Assembly: GCA_963204915.1 (NCBI GenBank)
Contig: CAUJHS010000083.1
Location: 10,130 to 74,129, forward strand
DNA from: Planctomycetota bacterium
Lineage (GTDB): Bacteria > Planctomycetota > Planctomycetia > Pirellulales > Pirellulaceae
Length of the DNA stretch: 64,000 bases
Direction of reading: 5' to 3'
Below, piece after piece: positions 30,714 to 41,330 of this stretch. Numbering within the stretch: position 1 is the stretch's first letter; each line of letters begins with the position of its first letter. Below the pieces are notes generated by a model, which did no database searches, was not told where the DNA came from, and saw only the letters and a list, made by a program, of their open reading frames with translations. Position numbers and translations under genes: made by a program.

Positions 30714-32504
30714 TTAACTCTTACTTTCGAGTTCCACCACGCCGTGCCAGTCGGGCGGCGGAGTGCGGTTGCGCTGGGCGATGTACACTACGAGAAAGTC
30801 CTTGACCTGATCTTCCGGCGGAACCCGGTTCAGGAGGGCGAGGGCGTCCGTCCAACGCCCCTCTTTGAAGGCGTCGACCGCCGCCTCGTAATCGGTCAGG
30901 TTCTGCTCGCTGAGAGCCGGCACTTCCGGCGTCGACGGCAGCAGCTCGGTAGGCTCCAAGGGGGTCGCCAAACCGTAGGGCTGAACGAGCGCTACGCGGC
31001 GGAAGTACGCTTCAGCGCGGGTCATTTGGGGGCGGACAATTTGGGCGGTTCGCTCGTCGATCAGAATCGGCGTCTTGAGAATCTTGGTCATCCCTTCTAG
31101 TCGTGAGGCCAGGTTCACGACCGGCCCGAACACCGTAACCTTCACCTGATCCGCCGTGCCGATCTTCCCGGCCACCGCTCGTCCTGTTGCGACGCCAATT
31201 CCCAAACGAAAGCCGGCCAACGAACTGGTCGAACGTTGGGCGCCCTGTTCGAACTCCGCGCGAATGCGCAGCGCCGCCCGGCAAGCGCGCAGCGCCGCCC
31301 CCTCCTGCGCGAGCGGCCAGCCCCAAAAACCCATGACCGCATCTCCGTGGAAATCTCCCACCACGCCTCCTTCGGCGAGGATCTCGCGAGTCGCCACGCC
31401 TAAAGCTCTACTTACCCGATCCAAAAGGCCAACGAGATCGTCGCCGGCCTGTTCGGACGCGCGTGAAAAACCTCGCAAATCGCAGAACAAAACCGAAACT
31501 TCACAAACTTGCGGCGCCAGGACGATGTCCGGGTCCTGAGCGGAGAGCGCCTTGAGCACCGGCGGTGAAAAGAACTGGCTCAATCCCGCCGTACGGCGTT
31601 CCAGCGACCGCAATTCGCGCAGGGAGCTGATCATTTCCGCGGCCAGCTCCGCAAATTTGACGTCTTCTCGCAGACTCGTGGGGTCCGAACCCGAGGCGAG
31701 ATCTGGTGCTCCGCCGGGAAACTGGCCCGAGACGTAAATAGCCCAAAGAAAGCCCGTTTTCTGTCGCACGGGCGTGCAGAACGCCCAGTCGGTGTTCTCA
31801 CTCACCGTGAACATTTGCGGTTCTTCCCGCGAACGCCAGACATGCGCCACGGTCTCCCCGCGTTCGATCGCTTGCAAGATCAGGCGCTCGCTCGGCTGAA
31901 AAGGTCGGCTATCTGTCCGGCGCCGATCCCATTGGAGTAGCTCAATGCGTCCGTCGGCCTGCGTCTCGGCAGGGACGGTCACCAGCGCCACCGCCTCGGC
32001 CCGCGGAACGCCGGCGAGCAGCATGTTCACGAGGTTCACAAACAACTCGGTATCGCTGCCGGCGGAGGCGATCACCTTCGGCAACCCGCTGAGAACCTCT
32101 AGACGCTGATCGGCGTCGCGAAACCGCGTGCGTCGCAGGTGCTGAACACTGAACGCGTGCTCCTCAGTGGGCGAGGGAGCCTCGGCGGAGAACTCGACCC
32201 GCTCCTCCAAGAGCACCAAGGTCGTGTCGCCAATCACGAAGTGCTGACCCGGCAGCAGTTCGAAGCTTTCGACCGGCTCGCCTTGAACGAAGATCGGATT
32301 GCGGGCCTTCGCCAGACGGCGCACGTGCAACCGCTTGCCATCCCACAGCAGTTCCGCATGTTCGCGGGAGACGCGCTCATCCCAAGGGACCGACCATTCG
32401 GGAGTGGCGCGGCCAAGAATCAGCCATTCGTCCCGAGGCAATGTCCGTCGCCAACGGTGGTCGGCGGCGGCGCCTTGAGCAATCAAGTCGGGCATAACCC
32501 CCAT
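30714..32504 (-). CDS. FHA-domain-containing class III adenylate/guanylate cyclase (N-terminal FHA, central GAF-like region, CHD cyclase domain 'VLFCDLRGFS...GDAVMGFWG', C-terminal TPR-like tail)
   Basis: Translation motifs. Confidence 0.85.
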   Translation of the reverse strand: MGVMPDLIAQGAAADHRWRRTLPRDEWLILGRATPEWSVPWDERVSREHAELLWDGKRLHVRRLAKARNPIFVQGEPVESFELLPGQHFVIGDTTLVLLEERVEFSAEAPSPTEEHAFSVQHLRRTRFRDADQRLEVLSGLPKVIASAGSDTELFVNLVNMLLAGVPRAEAVALVTVPAETQADGRIELLQWDRRRTDSRPFQPSERLILQAIERGETVAHVWRSREEPQMFTVSENTDWAFCTPVRQKTGFLWAIYVSGQFPGGAPDLASGSDPTSLREDVKFAELAAEMISSLRELRSLERRTAGLSQFFSPPVLKALSAQDPDIVLAPQVCEVSVLFCDLRGFSRASEQAGDDLVGLLDRVSRALGVATREILAEGGVVGDFHGDAVMGFWGWPLAQEGAALRACRAALRIRAEFEQGAQRSTSSLAGFRLGIGVATGRAVAGKIGTADQVKVTVFGPVVNLASRLEGMTKILKTPILIDERTAQIVRPQMTRAEAYFRRVALVQPYGLATPLEPTELLPSTPEVPALSEQNLTDYEAAVDAFKEGRWTDALALLNRVPPEDQVKDFLVVYIAQRNRTPPPDWHGVVELESKS

Positions 32505-32525
32505 CCTCTCGTTTGGCCGTCATCG

Positions 32526-34805
32526 CTAGGGAGCGTCCTTTCGTTCAATTCCGCCGTGATCCGTCGACCCTGCAGAGCTTGCGGAACTCGATGCTTCGGA
32601 GCTGCTTAGCGAATCGAATCGGCCGCGGTTACTCCAGCGTCCGCCCCAGCCCGCCGGCGCATAACTCCAAAGTACGAAACCCCACAGCGCCGTCACCACG
32701 ACGGCGAAGAGGCTAAGCTGAGCGATCATGATCCAAATCAAATCTCGTAACATCTCCTGCAGTGTCGCGCCGATCGCCTCCTCGTACGACTCTTGCACGA
32801 TCACCTCCCAACCCGTGTTGACGCCACGTGCTTTCACGGGCGCGTGATCGGCCAACCAGCGTACGGAGTAGGGTTTTCCCGCGGGATCTTTCGCCAAAGG
32901 GTCGCGATAATCCTCTTTCACGCGGCGCGTGTCGGGAAAGATGTTCTGGGTTACGAGGTAGTCGGCGTCCATGAACCCCAACGGATACTCGGGATAGCGA
33001 GCGAATAAGGGATGTTCCAAAATGAGTCCCTGATGTTTTCCTGCGCGGAGGTTGACCAACACGGGAAACTGTGTCTTGGCGCCCGGTAGGTCGGCGACCT
33101 TACCGACCTCAAACGTCATGGCGGTAACGCCGAGCAAATCGCCATCCTGGCGCACCGGAGTCGAGATCGCCACGATCCAGCGACGGGTCGCCTCACTGTG
33201 AAATACGGGCGACAACTCGGTCTTCGATAAAATGTCGTTTACACCGGCTGGTCGCCAATTCGGCTCCCGGTCGTATTCTCCCCCGTGAAAGTAGGCGCGC
33301 CAGGCGTAATTTCGGCCGATGGTGTCGCTGACGGGCCAACGCGCCAACTGGTTCCCGAGCGGATCGAAAACGAGCCAGCTCGCCTTCGGAGGCCCCGAGG
33401 GATCCTGCATGATTCGCCGCACCCGCTCTTGCAGGCGAGTCACCGGGCAATCGGGACGTTGCTGCATGTCGGCAAGATACCGCCCGCGCACTTGGTCGAG
33501 GACTTTCCTGTCTGTCTGTGGATCCGCGAGTACGGTCAGCGACGCGCTGAGTTCCGGGTCGCGAATCGCGCCGGCGAGTTCGCTTAGGAACTCCGGATCA
33601 TTGGCCAATCGCTCCACTTCCAGATAGCGGCGTTCCAAATCGTTAGTCACGGCGCTGGCCACGTATTCAGCGGCGAAACGGTCGCTTTCGAGGGCGCGCG
33701 TGACCAGCGCCTCGCGCGAGCGCGCCAGCACGGCTTGGAACGAATAATAGGCGAAGAACACCATCAGCATTAACAAGAATGCCGGTCCCGCCGCCCCCAG
33801 CACCAGCAACGGGCGCTTCGCCCTTCGCTGGGCCCGCAAATCTAAGTCGTTCAGCACCGCCTGGATGTTCGGGTAGCGGCGTTTGGGATGCCGTTCCAAA
33901 CAACGGCTCACAATGTCGCCAAGCGCTTGATCAACGCCCGCGATGCGGCGATGCTCATTCGGGGGCGGAGAATCGTGCAAGAGTTGGCGGTAGCGCGCGA
34001 GGCGATCATCCAGTCCGTCGGCTTCGCCCAAGTTCGCCAGCGCCTCCTCGGTTTGAAACGGCGGATGGCCAGTGAGCATACGGTAAAGGAGCGCGCCCAA
34101 GGCGTACACGTCCCAACGGGCGTCGGGCGCGGCGCCCAGGTCGGCTTGCTCGGGCGCCATGTAGAATAACGTTCCGAGGGAGGGCGTTTGCTCATGGGTC
34201 AACCGCGACTGCCCAAAGTCTGCCAAGCGCGGCTTACCGTCCTGATCCAACAAGATGTTGGCCGGCTTCACGTCGCAGTGAAGCACACCCTTGGCGTGGG
34301 CGTGCAGCAGGCCCTGCGCAACCTCCCGACCGCAGGCGACGATCTGCTCCACCGAGATTTTTTCTTGGGTCTTCAAGAATGCTTCGAGCGAGCCGCGCTC
34401 GACGTATTCCATCACATAGTAGGGCGGATCTGCGTCCCAGCCCACGTCCAAGAGTTGCACGACATAGCGATCGGCAGCGAGGAAAGCCAGTTTCTCAACT
34501 TCACGCGCCAGAAGCGGCCAGTCCAGGCCCGCATGCCGCGTGAAGAATTTGATCGCCACGCTTCGGCCAGTATTCCGATCAGTCCCAACCCAGACCTGCC
34601 CGAAAGTTCCGGCCCCAAGAAATCGTTGCACCTCGTAGCCGGGAGGCTCCGCTGGCGGCCCGCTCCGCCGCTTGCTCTGTTCGACCGCTCGTTGCTGCTC
34701 CTGGGTCGACTGGTAAACCGTCTCTCCGATGCCGGCTGGGCGGATTTGCTCCCCTCGTTTCGGCCGCTCCAACGGCGTTTCGGGAAGTTCGTGAGCGGAA
34801 GGCAT
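32526..34805 (-). CDS. Transmembrane receptor Ser/Thr kinase: N-terminal kinase domain ('LGAGTFGQVWVG', 'HCDVKPANILL', 'DFGQS'), TM helix, large extracytoplasmic sensor domain, second TM, Ser-rich tail. 21 nt upstream of the FHA-cyclase gene on the same strand.
   Basis: Translation; two hydrophobic segments bracketing ~330 aa. Confidence 0.85.
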   Translation of the reverse strand: MPSAHELPETPLERPKRGEQIRPAGIGETVYQSTQEQQRAVEQSKRRSGPPAEPPGYEVQRFLGAGTFGQVWVGTDRNTGRSVAIKFFTRHAGLDWPLLAREVEKLAFLAADRYVVQLLDVGWDADPPYYVMEYVERGSLEAFLKTQEKISVEQIVACGREVAQGLLHAHAKGVLHCDVKPANILLDQDGKPRLADFGQSRLTHEQTPSLGTLFYMAPEQADLGAAPDARWDVYALGALLYRMLTGHPPFQTEEALANLGEADGLDDRLARYRQLLHDSPPPNEHRRIAGVDQALGDIVSRCLERHPKRRYPNIQAVLNDLDLRAQRRAKRPLLVLGAAGPAFLLMLMVFFAYYSFQAVLARSREALVTRALESDRFAAEYVASAVTNDLERRYLEVERLANDPEFLSELAGAIRDPELSASLTVLADPQTDRKVLDQVRGRYLADMQQRPDCPVTRLQERVRRIMQDPSGPPKASWLVFDPLGNQLARWPVSDTIGRNYAWRAYFHGGEYDREPNWRPAGVNDILSKTELSPVFHSEATRRWIVAISTPVRQDGDLLGVTAMTFEVGKVADLPGAKTQFPVLVNLRAGKHQGLILEHPLFARYPEYPLGFMDADYLVTQNIFPDTRRVKEDYRDPLAKDPAGKPYSVRWLADHAPVKARGVNTGWEVIVQESYEEAIGATLQEMLRDLIWIMIAQLSLFAVVVTALWGFVLWSYAPAGWGGRWSNRGRFDSLSSSEASSSASSAGSTDHGGIERKDAP

Positions 34806-35131
34806 GATTTTTCAATCCTTCACTCCGACAGCAAGCTTCGGCTGAGCAAATGTGCACGGTGCGCGGTCGAATGAGCGCGCTGTTGTCTCCCTATCGCACA
34901 ACCCTCGGCTTACTTGTCAATCGCTAGGTTCAGGCTACGCCTATTCGGCGGCGCTGTCGGCTTTTCGCAAACCGCTATCGGTTTTTACCGCACATTTGGG
35001 GCCGGCACATGCAATTGGAACACAACAAACGTACGCAATACCATCGCAAGCCGACTGGTACGATATTTCCTCTTCAGGTTAACTCCCACACGAATGAGGG
35101 GCGCACGCAAAAGTCAAAACCGGGGGATATC

Positions 35132-36604
35132 ATGTTCGAGGTCGCTGAACTCGGCCAAACGCTCGACCGGGAAACGTTCGACGCCCGAGCTCCCGAGGTG
35201 CGGGAACGGTTGCTGGACGCGCAGTTTCGGCTCGCATCGAGCGATGTTTCCGTGATTATTCTCATCGGCGGCGTCGAGGGCGCCGGCAAGGGGGAGACGG
35301 TCAACTTGCTGCTCGAGTGGCTCGACTCGCGAGGCATAGTGACCCACGCTTTAGGTAAGCCAACGCGCGAAGAGCAAGAGCGGCCCGAATTTTACCGATT
35401 CTGGCGTCGGCTTCCACCTAAGGGACGCATCGGGATTTTTTTCGGGTCCTGGTATACGCGGCCGATTGTGGATCGTGCACTTGGACGTTGCGACGACGCC
35501 AGGTTCGATCGTGACTTGGCGCGCATCGTCCACTTCGAGGAAATGCTTTCCCAGGAAGGGGTCCTGCTGCTGAAATTCTGGCTGCATATCTCCAAAAGAC
35601 AACAACGCCGCCGGTTTAAGAAGCAAGCCGCCGATCCGGACACTGCCTGGCGGGTCACTTCGCGGGACTGGAAATTTCATGCACAGTACGATGAATTCGC
35701 TCGAACAAGCGCCCATGCGCTGCGCCGTACGAGTACGGGGTTTGCGCCTTGGGAAATTATCGAAGCCCACGACCGCTGCTTTCGTCATCTGACGGTTGCC
35801 GAGAAGGTTTGCGTTGCTCTCGAACAGCGGCTCGCGGCGGCGCCTGCTCCGCCGCCCGAGACGGTCCCATGCCCTTCCCCGGATCCTTGTAATCTCTTGC
35901 GCAATTTGGACCTCCAACGAAAGATCGCGCCCGACGACTACGAAGCCAAACTGAAGAAAAACCAAGGCAAAGTGGGGACGCTCTCGCGGCAACTCCAAAC
36001 GCATCGCCGATCCGTGGTGATCGTATTCGAGGGGCCCGATGCGGCCGGTAAGGGTGGGTGCATTCGGCGCATCACTCAATGCATCGATAGCCGCTATTAC
36101 CGCGTGATCCCGATTGCGGCGCCGACCGAGGAAGAACGAAGGCAACCGTATCTCTGGCGCTTCTGGCGTCACTTGCCAGGCTACGGAAAATATGCGATTT
36201 TCGACCGTAGCTGGTATGGCCGCGTGTTGGTCGAACGCGTGGAAGGACTGTGCGCACCCGCCGATTGGCGACGTGCGTACGCCGAGATCAATGCGTTTGA
36301 AGAACAGCTCGTGGAGTCGGGCGTGCTGTTGTTCAAATTCTGGCTGGCGATCAGTCCCGAGGAACAGCTCCGCCGCTTCAAAGAGCGCGAAGCAACCGGC
36401 TACAAACGGTATAAGCTTACTGAGGAAGACGTGAAGAATCGCGCCAAATGGCCGGACTATGAGACGGCGGCTTGCGAGGCGTTCGCTCGCACCAGCACCG
36501 AGATGGCAAACTGGACGCTGGTCGAAGCGGAAGACAAATACCACGCGAGAATCAAAGTCCTCAAAACGTTGTCGGCGCGGCTCCGCGACGCGCTGCAAGA
36601 TTGA
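35132..36604 (+). CDS. ppk2: Two-domain polyphosphate kinase 2 (PPK2; polyphosphate:AMP/nucleotide phosphotransferase type) with two Walker A loops ('GVEGAGKGE', 'FEGPDAAGKGG')
   Basis: Duplicated PPK2 domain motifs; ATG at 35132 ('MFEVAELGQ'). Confidence 0.9.
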   Translation: MFEVAELGQTLDRETFDARAPEVRERLLDAQFRLASSDVSVIILIGGVEGAGKGETVNLLLEWLDSRGIVTHALGKPTREEQERPEFYRFWRRLPPKGRIGIFFGSWYTRPIVDRALGRCDDARFDRDLARIVHFEEMLSQEGVLLLKFWLHISKRQQRRRFKKQAADPDTAWRVTSRDWKFHAQYDEFARTSAHALRRTSTGFAPWEIIEAHDRCFRHLTVAEKVCVALEQRLAAAPAPPPETVPCPSPDPCNLLRNLDLQRKIAPDDYEAKLKKNQGKVGTLSRQLQTHRRSVVIVFEGPDAAGKGGCIRRITQCIDSRYYRVIPIAAPTEEERRQPYLWRFWRHLPGYGKYAIFDRSWYGRVLVERVEGLCAPADWRRAYAEINAFEEQLVESGVLLFKFWLAISPEEQLRRFKEREATGYKRYKLTEEDVKNRAKWPDYETAACEAFARTSTEMANWTLVEAEDKYHARIKVLKTLSARLRDALQD

Positions 36605-36883
36605 CTTTGCGAGCCGGAAAAGCTTGGGGGCGAAGGGGCGGGCGTTCCACACCCTCCGCGCAATAAACGGATTGCTGCGCTCGGCCGGTCACGCGAGTGA
36701 AACTCTGCAACGCGCTCGGATCAACTGCGGGTTGACCTCAGCGGCGAGGTTCGCCAAGTTTTCGCTCGATGCCGACAAAGCTGTCACAACGCACTCGACG
36801 GTTTCTTGCTTCCCGGGGCGCGGCGAATCTACACTAGCGATGCGTCGATCATTCCGTCACCCGTGTAGCGCAGAGTTGCGGTC

Positions 36884-39800
36884 ATGTTTGGCCATCATTT
36901 TATTAGCTATTCCTCGCTGGACGGGCTGGACCTGGCGTTGCATCTGCATGACGCGTTGACCTCGGGCGAGCCGCCGTTGCCGGTGTGGTTGGATCGGCAT
37001 GAGTTGCGAGCCGGTTCGCCCCGGTGGGACGCCCAGCTCGACGATGCGCTGCGAAGCTGCGCCAGCCTGATCTTCCTGATGACGCCCGACAGCGTGGAGC
37101 ACCAGTCAGAGTGCGCCAACGAATGGTCGCGGGCGATGCGTTACAAGAAACCGATCACGCTGGTGCTAGGCGACCCCGCGGCGGCGCCGCCGTTCGCCTT
37201 TGAACGTAGGCAGTACATCGACTGTTCGCACTCGTTCCAGGCCGGCGTGTCCGCCTTGCGCAAACATCTGGAGTGGCTGAAAACTCCGCCAGGCATTTTG
37301 CAGGAACTGCAATTCCGCCGCGAAACAGCGCTGCGCGACTTGCGCCGAGCTCAGCGCGACCCGCTGATCGATCCAACGCGCGTCGCACGCATCGAGGCCG
37401 AGCTGAACGAACTGGATCAGCAGATCCACGAGCAAGAAGAGATTGTGGCCGATCCTGCCGCCGCAGCGCGACGGGTCGAGAACAGCATTGCCTTGGGGTT
37501 GGAGCGCGAGCGGCAACAAGCCGGCTCGGCCATGGCGCCGCGTACGAAGTTCATCAATCCGCCGCCGGGGCTGGCGCCGGAGTATTTTCAGGACCGCTAC
37601 GTCGAAACGAAGTTGATTGCCGAGTTCCTGCAGAACGACTCCCAACGGTTGATGACCCTGGTGGGACGCGGCGGCGTGGGCAAGACGGCTCTCTCGTGCC
37701 GGCTGCTCAAATCGCTTGAGTCCGGCGTACTGCCGGACGACCTGGGAACTTTGTCGATTGACGGCATTGTGTACCTCAGCGGCGTTGGCTCACACAAGAT
37801 CCAAACCGCGAACCTGTTTGGCGACTTGTCTCGCCTGCTGCCACACGACGCCGCAGCCAAAATGGAGGCGTTGTACAAAAACGCCCATGTGGGCATTCGC
37901 GCCAAGCTGGAAGCCCTGCTTGATGTGCTGCCGCCGGGACGAGTTGTGGTCCTGCTGGATAACTTCGAAGATGTGGTCGATCCACAAAACCGCAAATTGT
38001 GTGACCCTGATCTCTTCGAAGCATTGCAAGCCTTGTTGCAGTTGCCGCATCATGCGGTCAAGCTCGTGTTGACAACGCGCGTGGCGGCGCTTGACCTGGC
38101 TCAAGTGCAGCCGGGGCGGCAAGCCCGCATCGACCTGGATGAAGGACTGCCGACGCCGTTTGCGGAGAATATTCTGCGCGCTATGGACGCGGACGGCAAA
38201 GTGGGCCTACGCGACGCTCCCGCCGCCTTACTGCGAGAGGCGCAGACGCGCACGCGCGGCTATCCTCGCGCGCTTGAAGCGCTGTTCGCGATCCTTTCGG
38301 CCGACCGGGACACCAGCTTGGGTGAGGTGCTGGCCCAGACCGAAGCTCTGCCCGAAGGCGTGGTCGAAGCGCTCGTGGGCGACGCATTCAGTCGCTTGGA
38401 CGCCGTGGCGCAGCAGGTGATGCAGGCGCTGGCGATTTACGGCCGTCCGGTCACGTCGAACGCCGTCGACTATTTGTTGCAGCCGTACCTTCCGAGCATT
38501 GACAGCGCCCGCGTGCTGGGCCGGTTGGTCAACATGTTACTCGTCCGTAAGGATGCGGGGCGGTATCACCTGCACCCGGTGGATGGGGCTTACGCTTTGA
38601 GCCGCTTGCCCGATGGAGAACCGGCGGATCACGTGGTGCAGCCGTTGCCCTATTCTCGCTATGCCTTGCTGCACCGCGGAGCGGAATACTTCCGCCAGGC
38701 GCGCAAGCCCGCCGACCAGTGGAAAACGCTAGATGACCTCTTGCCGCAACTGGCCGAGTTCGACCTGCGGTGCGCCAGCCAGGACTTTGAAACCGCGGCC
38801 CGGGTGTTGATCGAGATCGACTTCCAGTACTTGCGGCGGTGGGGGCATTATGCGTTGTGCGCCCAATTGCACGAACGCTTGCGCGATCAGTTGACGGATC
38901 CAGCCCTGGAAACCACCTGCGTGGGCAACTTGGGCATCGCCTATCGCGACTTGGGCGAGGCCGAGCGAGCGATCGCCTGTTTTGAACGAGCGCTGACGCT
39001 GGCTCGGCAACGTCGGGCGTTGTCGGCCCAGGCGGTGTGGTTGTGCAACATTGGAGCGACCTGCGATGCGTTGGGGCAAACGCAACGCTCGCTGCAATGC
39101 CACCAAGAAGCGCTCGTGATCGATCAAAAACTGGGTGACGAAGACGGCGTGGCGGTCGATCTGCATAATCTTTCGGGCCGCTTCGCCGAACTAGGACAAA
39201 CGGAACAAGCCCTCGCCGCCTGCCGCCGGTCGATCGAAATTGCCCGCCGCATGTATGCGCATAGCGCCAAAGGGCAACAGCCGCGCAAGGCCGATAACCA
39301 GCGTTACGCCGTCGCTCTGCGGCTAGGTACACTCGCGCGGCTGCTTGACGACGCTGGCGATTTTCCGCAAGCCATCGCGGCGGCCAAGGAGGGACTCCAT
39401 CTGGCGGAAGATTTCCACAGCCCGGAGATCAACACGCGCAATCGTTACTACTTGGGTCTGGCCCAGTTGCTGTTGGGCGAGTTCGACGCCGCCCGCGACA
39501 CGGTCGAAGCGGCGGCCCGGTACGACTTCCCGCGGTATAACCATCGGTTATTGGTGCTCTCCGGCTTGGTGCGGTGGCGCATGAGGCGTCAAGACGAGGC
39601 CGCCGCCTTGTTCGACGAAGCCGCCGCCGTCGCACGAAAGTTGACCGACCATTGTCCTAACTATTACGAAGCGCAAGAATCGCTGGCATTGGCTCAGTGC
39701 GGTCGATCGGCCTGTGGCCATGGCGACCACTGGAGTGAGGCCGAGCGGCTGTTTCGCCGCCTGCGGCAAATCAACGCCTTTCCGGGCAAAGTGAAGCGCA

Positions 39801-39889
39801 CACTCCAATTGCTCGACCAACTCGAGTCCCCGGAAACCGCCGCCGTGCTCGCCAAAGTTCGCCCTATCGCTCAAGGGCAAGCCGAGTAA
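36884..39889 (+). CDS. TIR-NB-ARC-TPR STAND NTPase (bacterial NLR-like): N-terminal TIR ('HHFISYSSLDG...SECANEW'), coiled coil, P-loop NB-ARC ('LVGRGGVGKTAL...VVVLLDNFEDV'), C-terminal TPR array
   Basis: Translation motifs; architecture typical of anti-phage TIR-STAND proteins. Confidence 0.85.
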   Translation: MFGHHFISYSSLDGLDLALHLHDALTSGEPPLPVWLDRHELRAGSPRWDAQLDDALRSCASLIFLMTPDSVEHQSECANEWSRAMRYKKPITLVLGDPAAAPPFAFERRQYIDCSHSFQAGVSALRKHLEWLKTPPGILQELQFRRETALRDLRRAQRDPLIDPTRVARIEAELNELDQQIHEQEEIVADPAAAARRVENSIALGLERERQQAGSAMAPRTKFINPPPGLAPEYFQDRYVETKLIAEFLQNDSQRLMTLVGRGGVGKTALSCRLLKSLESGVLPDDLGTLSIDGIVYLSGVGSHKIQTANLFGDLSRLLPHDAAAKMEALYKNAHVGIRAKLEALLDVLPPGRVVVLLDNFEDVVDPQNRKLCDPDLFEALQALLQLPHHAVKLVLTTRVAALDLAQVQPGRQARIDLDEGLPTPFAENILRAMDADGKVGLRDAPAALLREAQTRTRGYPRALEALFAILSADRDTSLGEVLAQTEALPEGVVEALVGDAFSRLDAVAQQVMQALAIYGRPVTSNAVDYLLQPYLPSIDSARVLGRLVNMLLVRKDAGRYHLHPVDGAYALSRLPDGEPADHVVQPLPYSRYALLHRGAEYFRQARKPADQWKTLDDLLPQLAEFDLRCASQDFETAARVLIEIDFQYLRRWGHYALCAQLHERLRDQLTDPALETTCVGNLGIAYRDLGEAERAIACFERALTLARQRRALSAQAVWLCNIGATCDALGQTQRSLQCHQEALVIDQKLGDEDGVAVDLHNLSGRFAELGQTEQALAACRRSIEIARRMYAHSAKGQQPRKADNQRYAVALRLGTLARLLDDAGDFPQAIAAAKEGLHLAEDFHSPEINTRNRYYLGLAQLLLGEFDAARDTVEAAARYDFPRYNHRLLVLSGLVRWRMRRQDEAAALFDEAAAVARKLTDHCPNYYEAQESLALAQCGRSACGHGDHWSEAERLFRRLRQINAFPGKVKRTLQLLDQLESPETAAVLAKVRPIAQGQAE

Positions 39890-40167
39890 CGCACCATGCG
39901 CCCGGCAAGGTCCCCCGCCACACCTTCCCTCGTGTGCTGCGGCGGAAGAGTTTCGCTGCGCTGTATGAAACGCCCCCACGCGAGAAGAGGATCATGGGGG
40001 CCGGCCCTTCGACGCTTTTGCAGGCAAACTCACGACGCCTGCATGAACTTTTCCCGCGAGCGGCGCGTGTGAGTACGCGCCGCTTGGTCGTGCAAATCCT
40101 TTTGTCCCCGTCCGACGCGATCCTCGTCGGGAAAGTTAGGCCGTCGAACGCGCATCGTAACCGTCCG

Positions 40168-40755
40168 CTATTGCGTCAGATCGGCGTTTCGCATGATCGT
40201 TTGGCCGGTGCGAACGTCCCGGAGGTAGATTTCGACAAACCCATCCGAATACCGTATGGCATGAGCCAGTTGTTGCGGCGAGCTGACCGCAACGCCGTCA
40301 ATCGAGTAAATGATGTCGCCGGGCTCAATCCCTATGCGAAACGCGGCGCTGTAAGGCGTAACATGGGTTACATAGACCCCGCGGCCGTCCCACGTCGCGG
40401 ACGTGGTTACTCCGAGAAACTTCGCTACCGGCGGCTGGACCGACGACGGCGGGTACCATACTTGCACCGACGGATACGTCGGTTGCACCGGCGGGTACAC
40501 CGGCTGAGCCGGCGGATACCAAGACGGGATCGACGGCACATAGGGGTCGCTAGACGCAGTCGGATCCGTGTAGCTTCCACCTGGTCGAAACGTATCGGAC
40601 GATGCCGTCGGATCCGACTTGTGCTGGCGTACACCTGGGGCGTGAACTTGGCCAAAGGCGCCGGCGGATTCTCGCCGCCAATTCTGTGCTTGAACCTGTT
40701 CCGTAGAAAGGGCAATGCCTCCGACTAACAACAGTAAACCGATCGTTCTCATCAC
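40168..40755 (-). CDS. Secreted PDZ-domain protein with Pro/Tyr-rich repeat region
   Basis: Signal peptide 'MMRTIGLLLLVGGIALSTEQVQA', C-terminal PDZ 'GVYVTHVTPYSAAFRIGIEPGDIIYSIDGVAV'. Confidence 0.7.
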   Translation of the reverse strand: MMRTIGLLLLVGGIALSTEQVQAQNWRRESAGAFGQVHAPGVRQHKSDPTASSDTFRPGGSYTDPTASSDPYVPSIPSWYPPAQPVYPPVQPTYPSVQVWYPPSSVQPPVAKFLGVTTSATWDGRGVYVTHVTPYSAAFRIGIEPGDIIYSIDGVAVSSPQQLAHAIRYSDGFVEIYLRDVRTGQTIMRNADLTQ

Positions 40756-41265
40756 AAAACACCTCGTGAACGGTGACCAATCCGATCTGCCTTGCGAGAC
40801 ATTCGCATGGCGTTCTCTTTAGATCATGACGAGTCAACGTTCAGGACAGACATCGAAAGTGCTTCATGCAATTTGCTGCGGCGACGATCTGCTCTAGATG
40901 TTTGTCCCGGCAGTAGATTCTTTCTGCGCGATGGATACTTTTCAGGCTGCCGAGCGTTTAAGTGACTACCAACGTTGATTGCGTCAGTTTTTGCAAATCA
41001 AGAAATTTTTGCGAACCAACGCAGGACAACAGCGTCTATATCTACAACACGCGACGAACAGGGTTGCGGCCTAAGAAATTTGAATACCAGTAAGTCACCG
41101 GATACGGAATCATGGCTTCATTACGGCTCAGTTTTACCCGGTCAATACTGACCGAACGATTTCGTGAATATGAGGATGGGACCGTGTCGCGAGACGCGAA
41201 TGCGCTCCCCTTGCATCCACGTCGGTGGTAACACTCGGCCGAACTAACGAAGCAACGTTGGCGAA

Positions 41266-41300
41266 CCCGGTGTTATCCCAAGAGTGACACCGGGTTTTTT
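41266..41300 (+). terminator. Hairpin CCCGGTGT/ACACCGGG (13-nt loop) followed by TTTTTT, ~30 nt upstream of the first tRNA of the array
   Basis: Seen in sequence. Confidence 0.45.
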
Positions 41301-41330
41301 CGTGTCAATTTGCAACGTTTGACCTACCGA

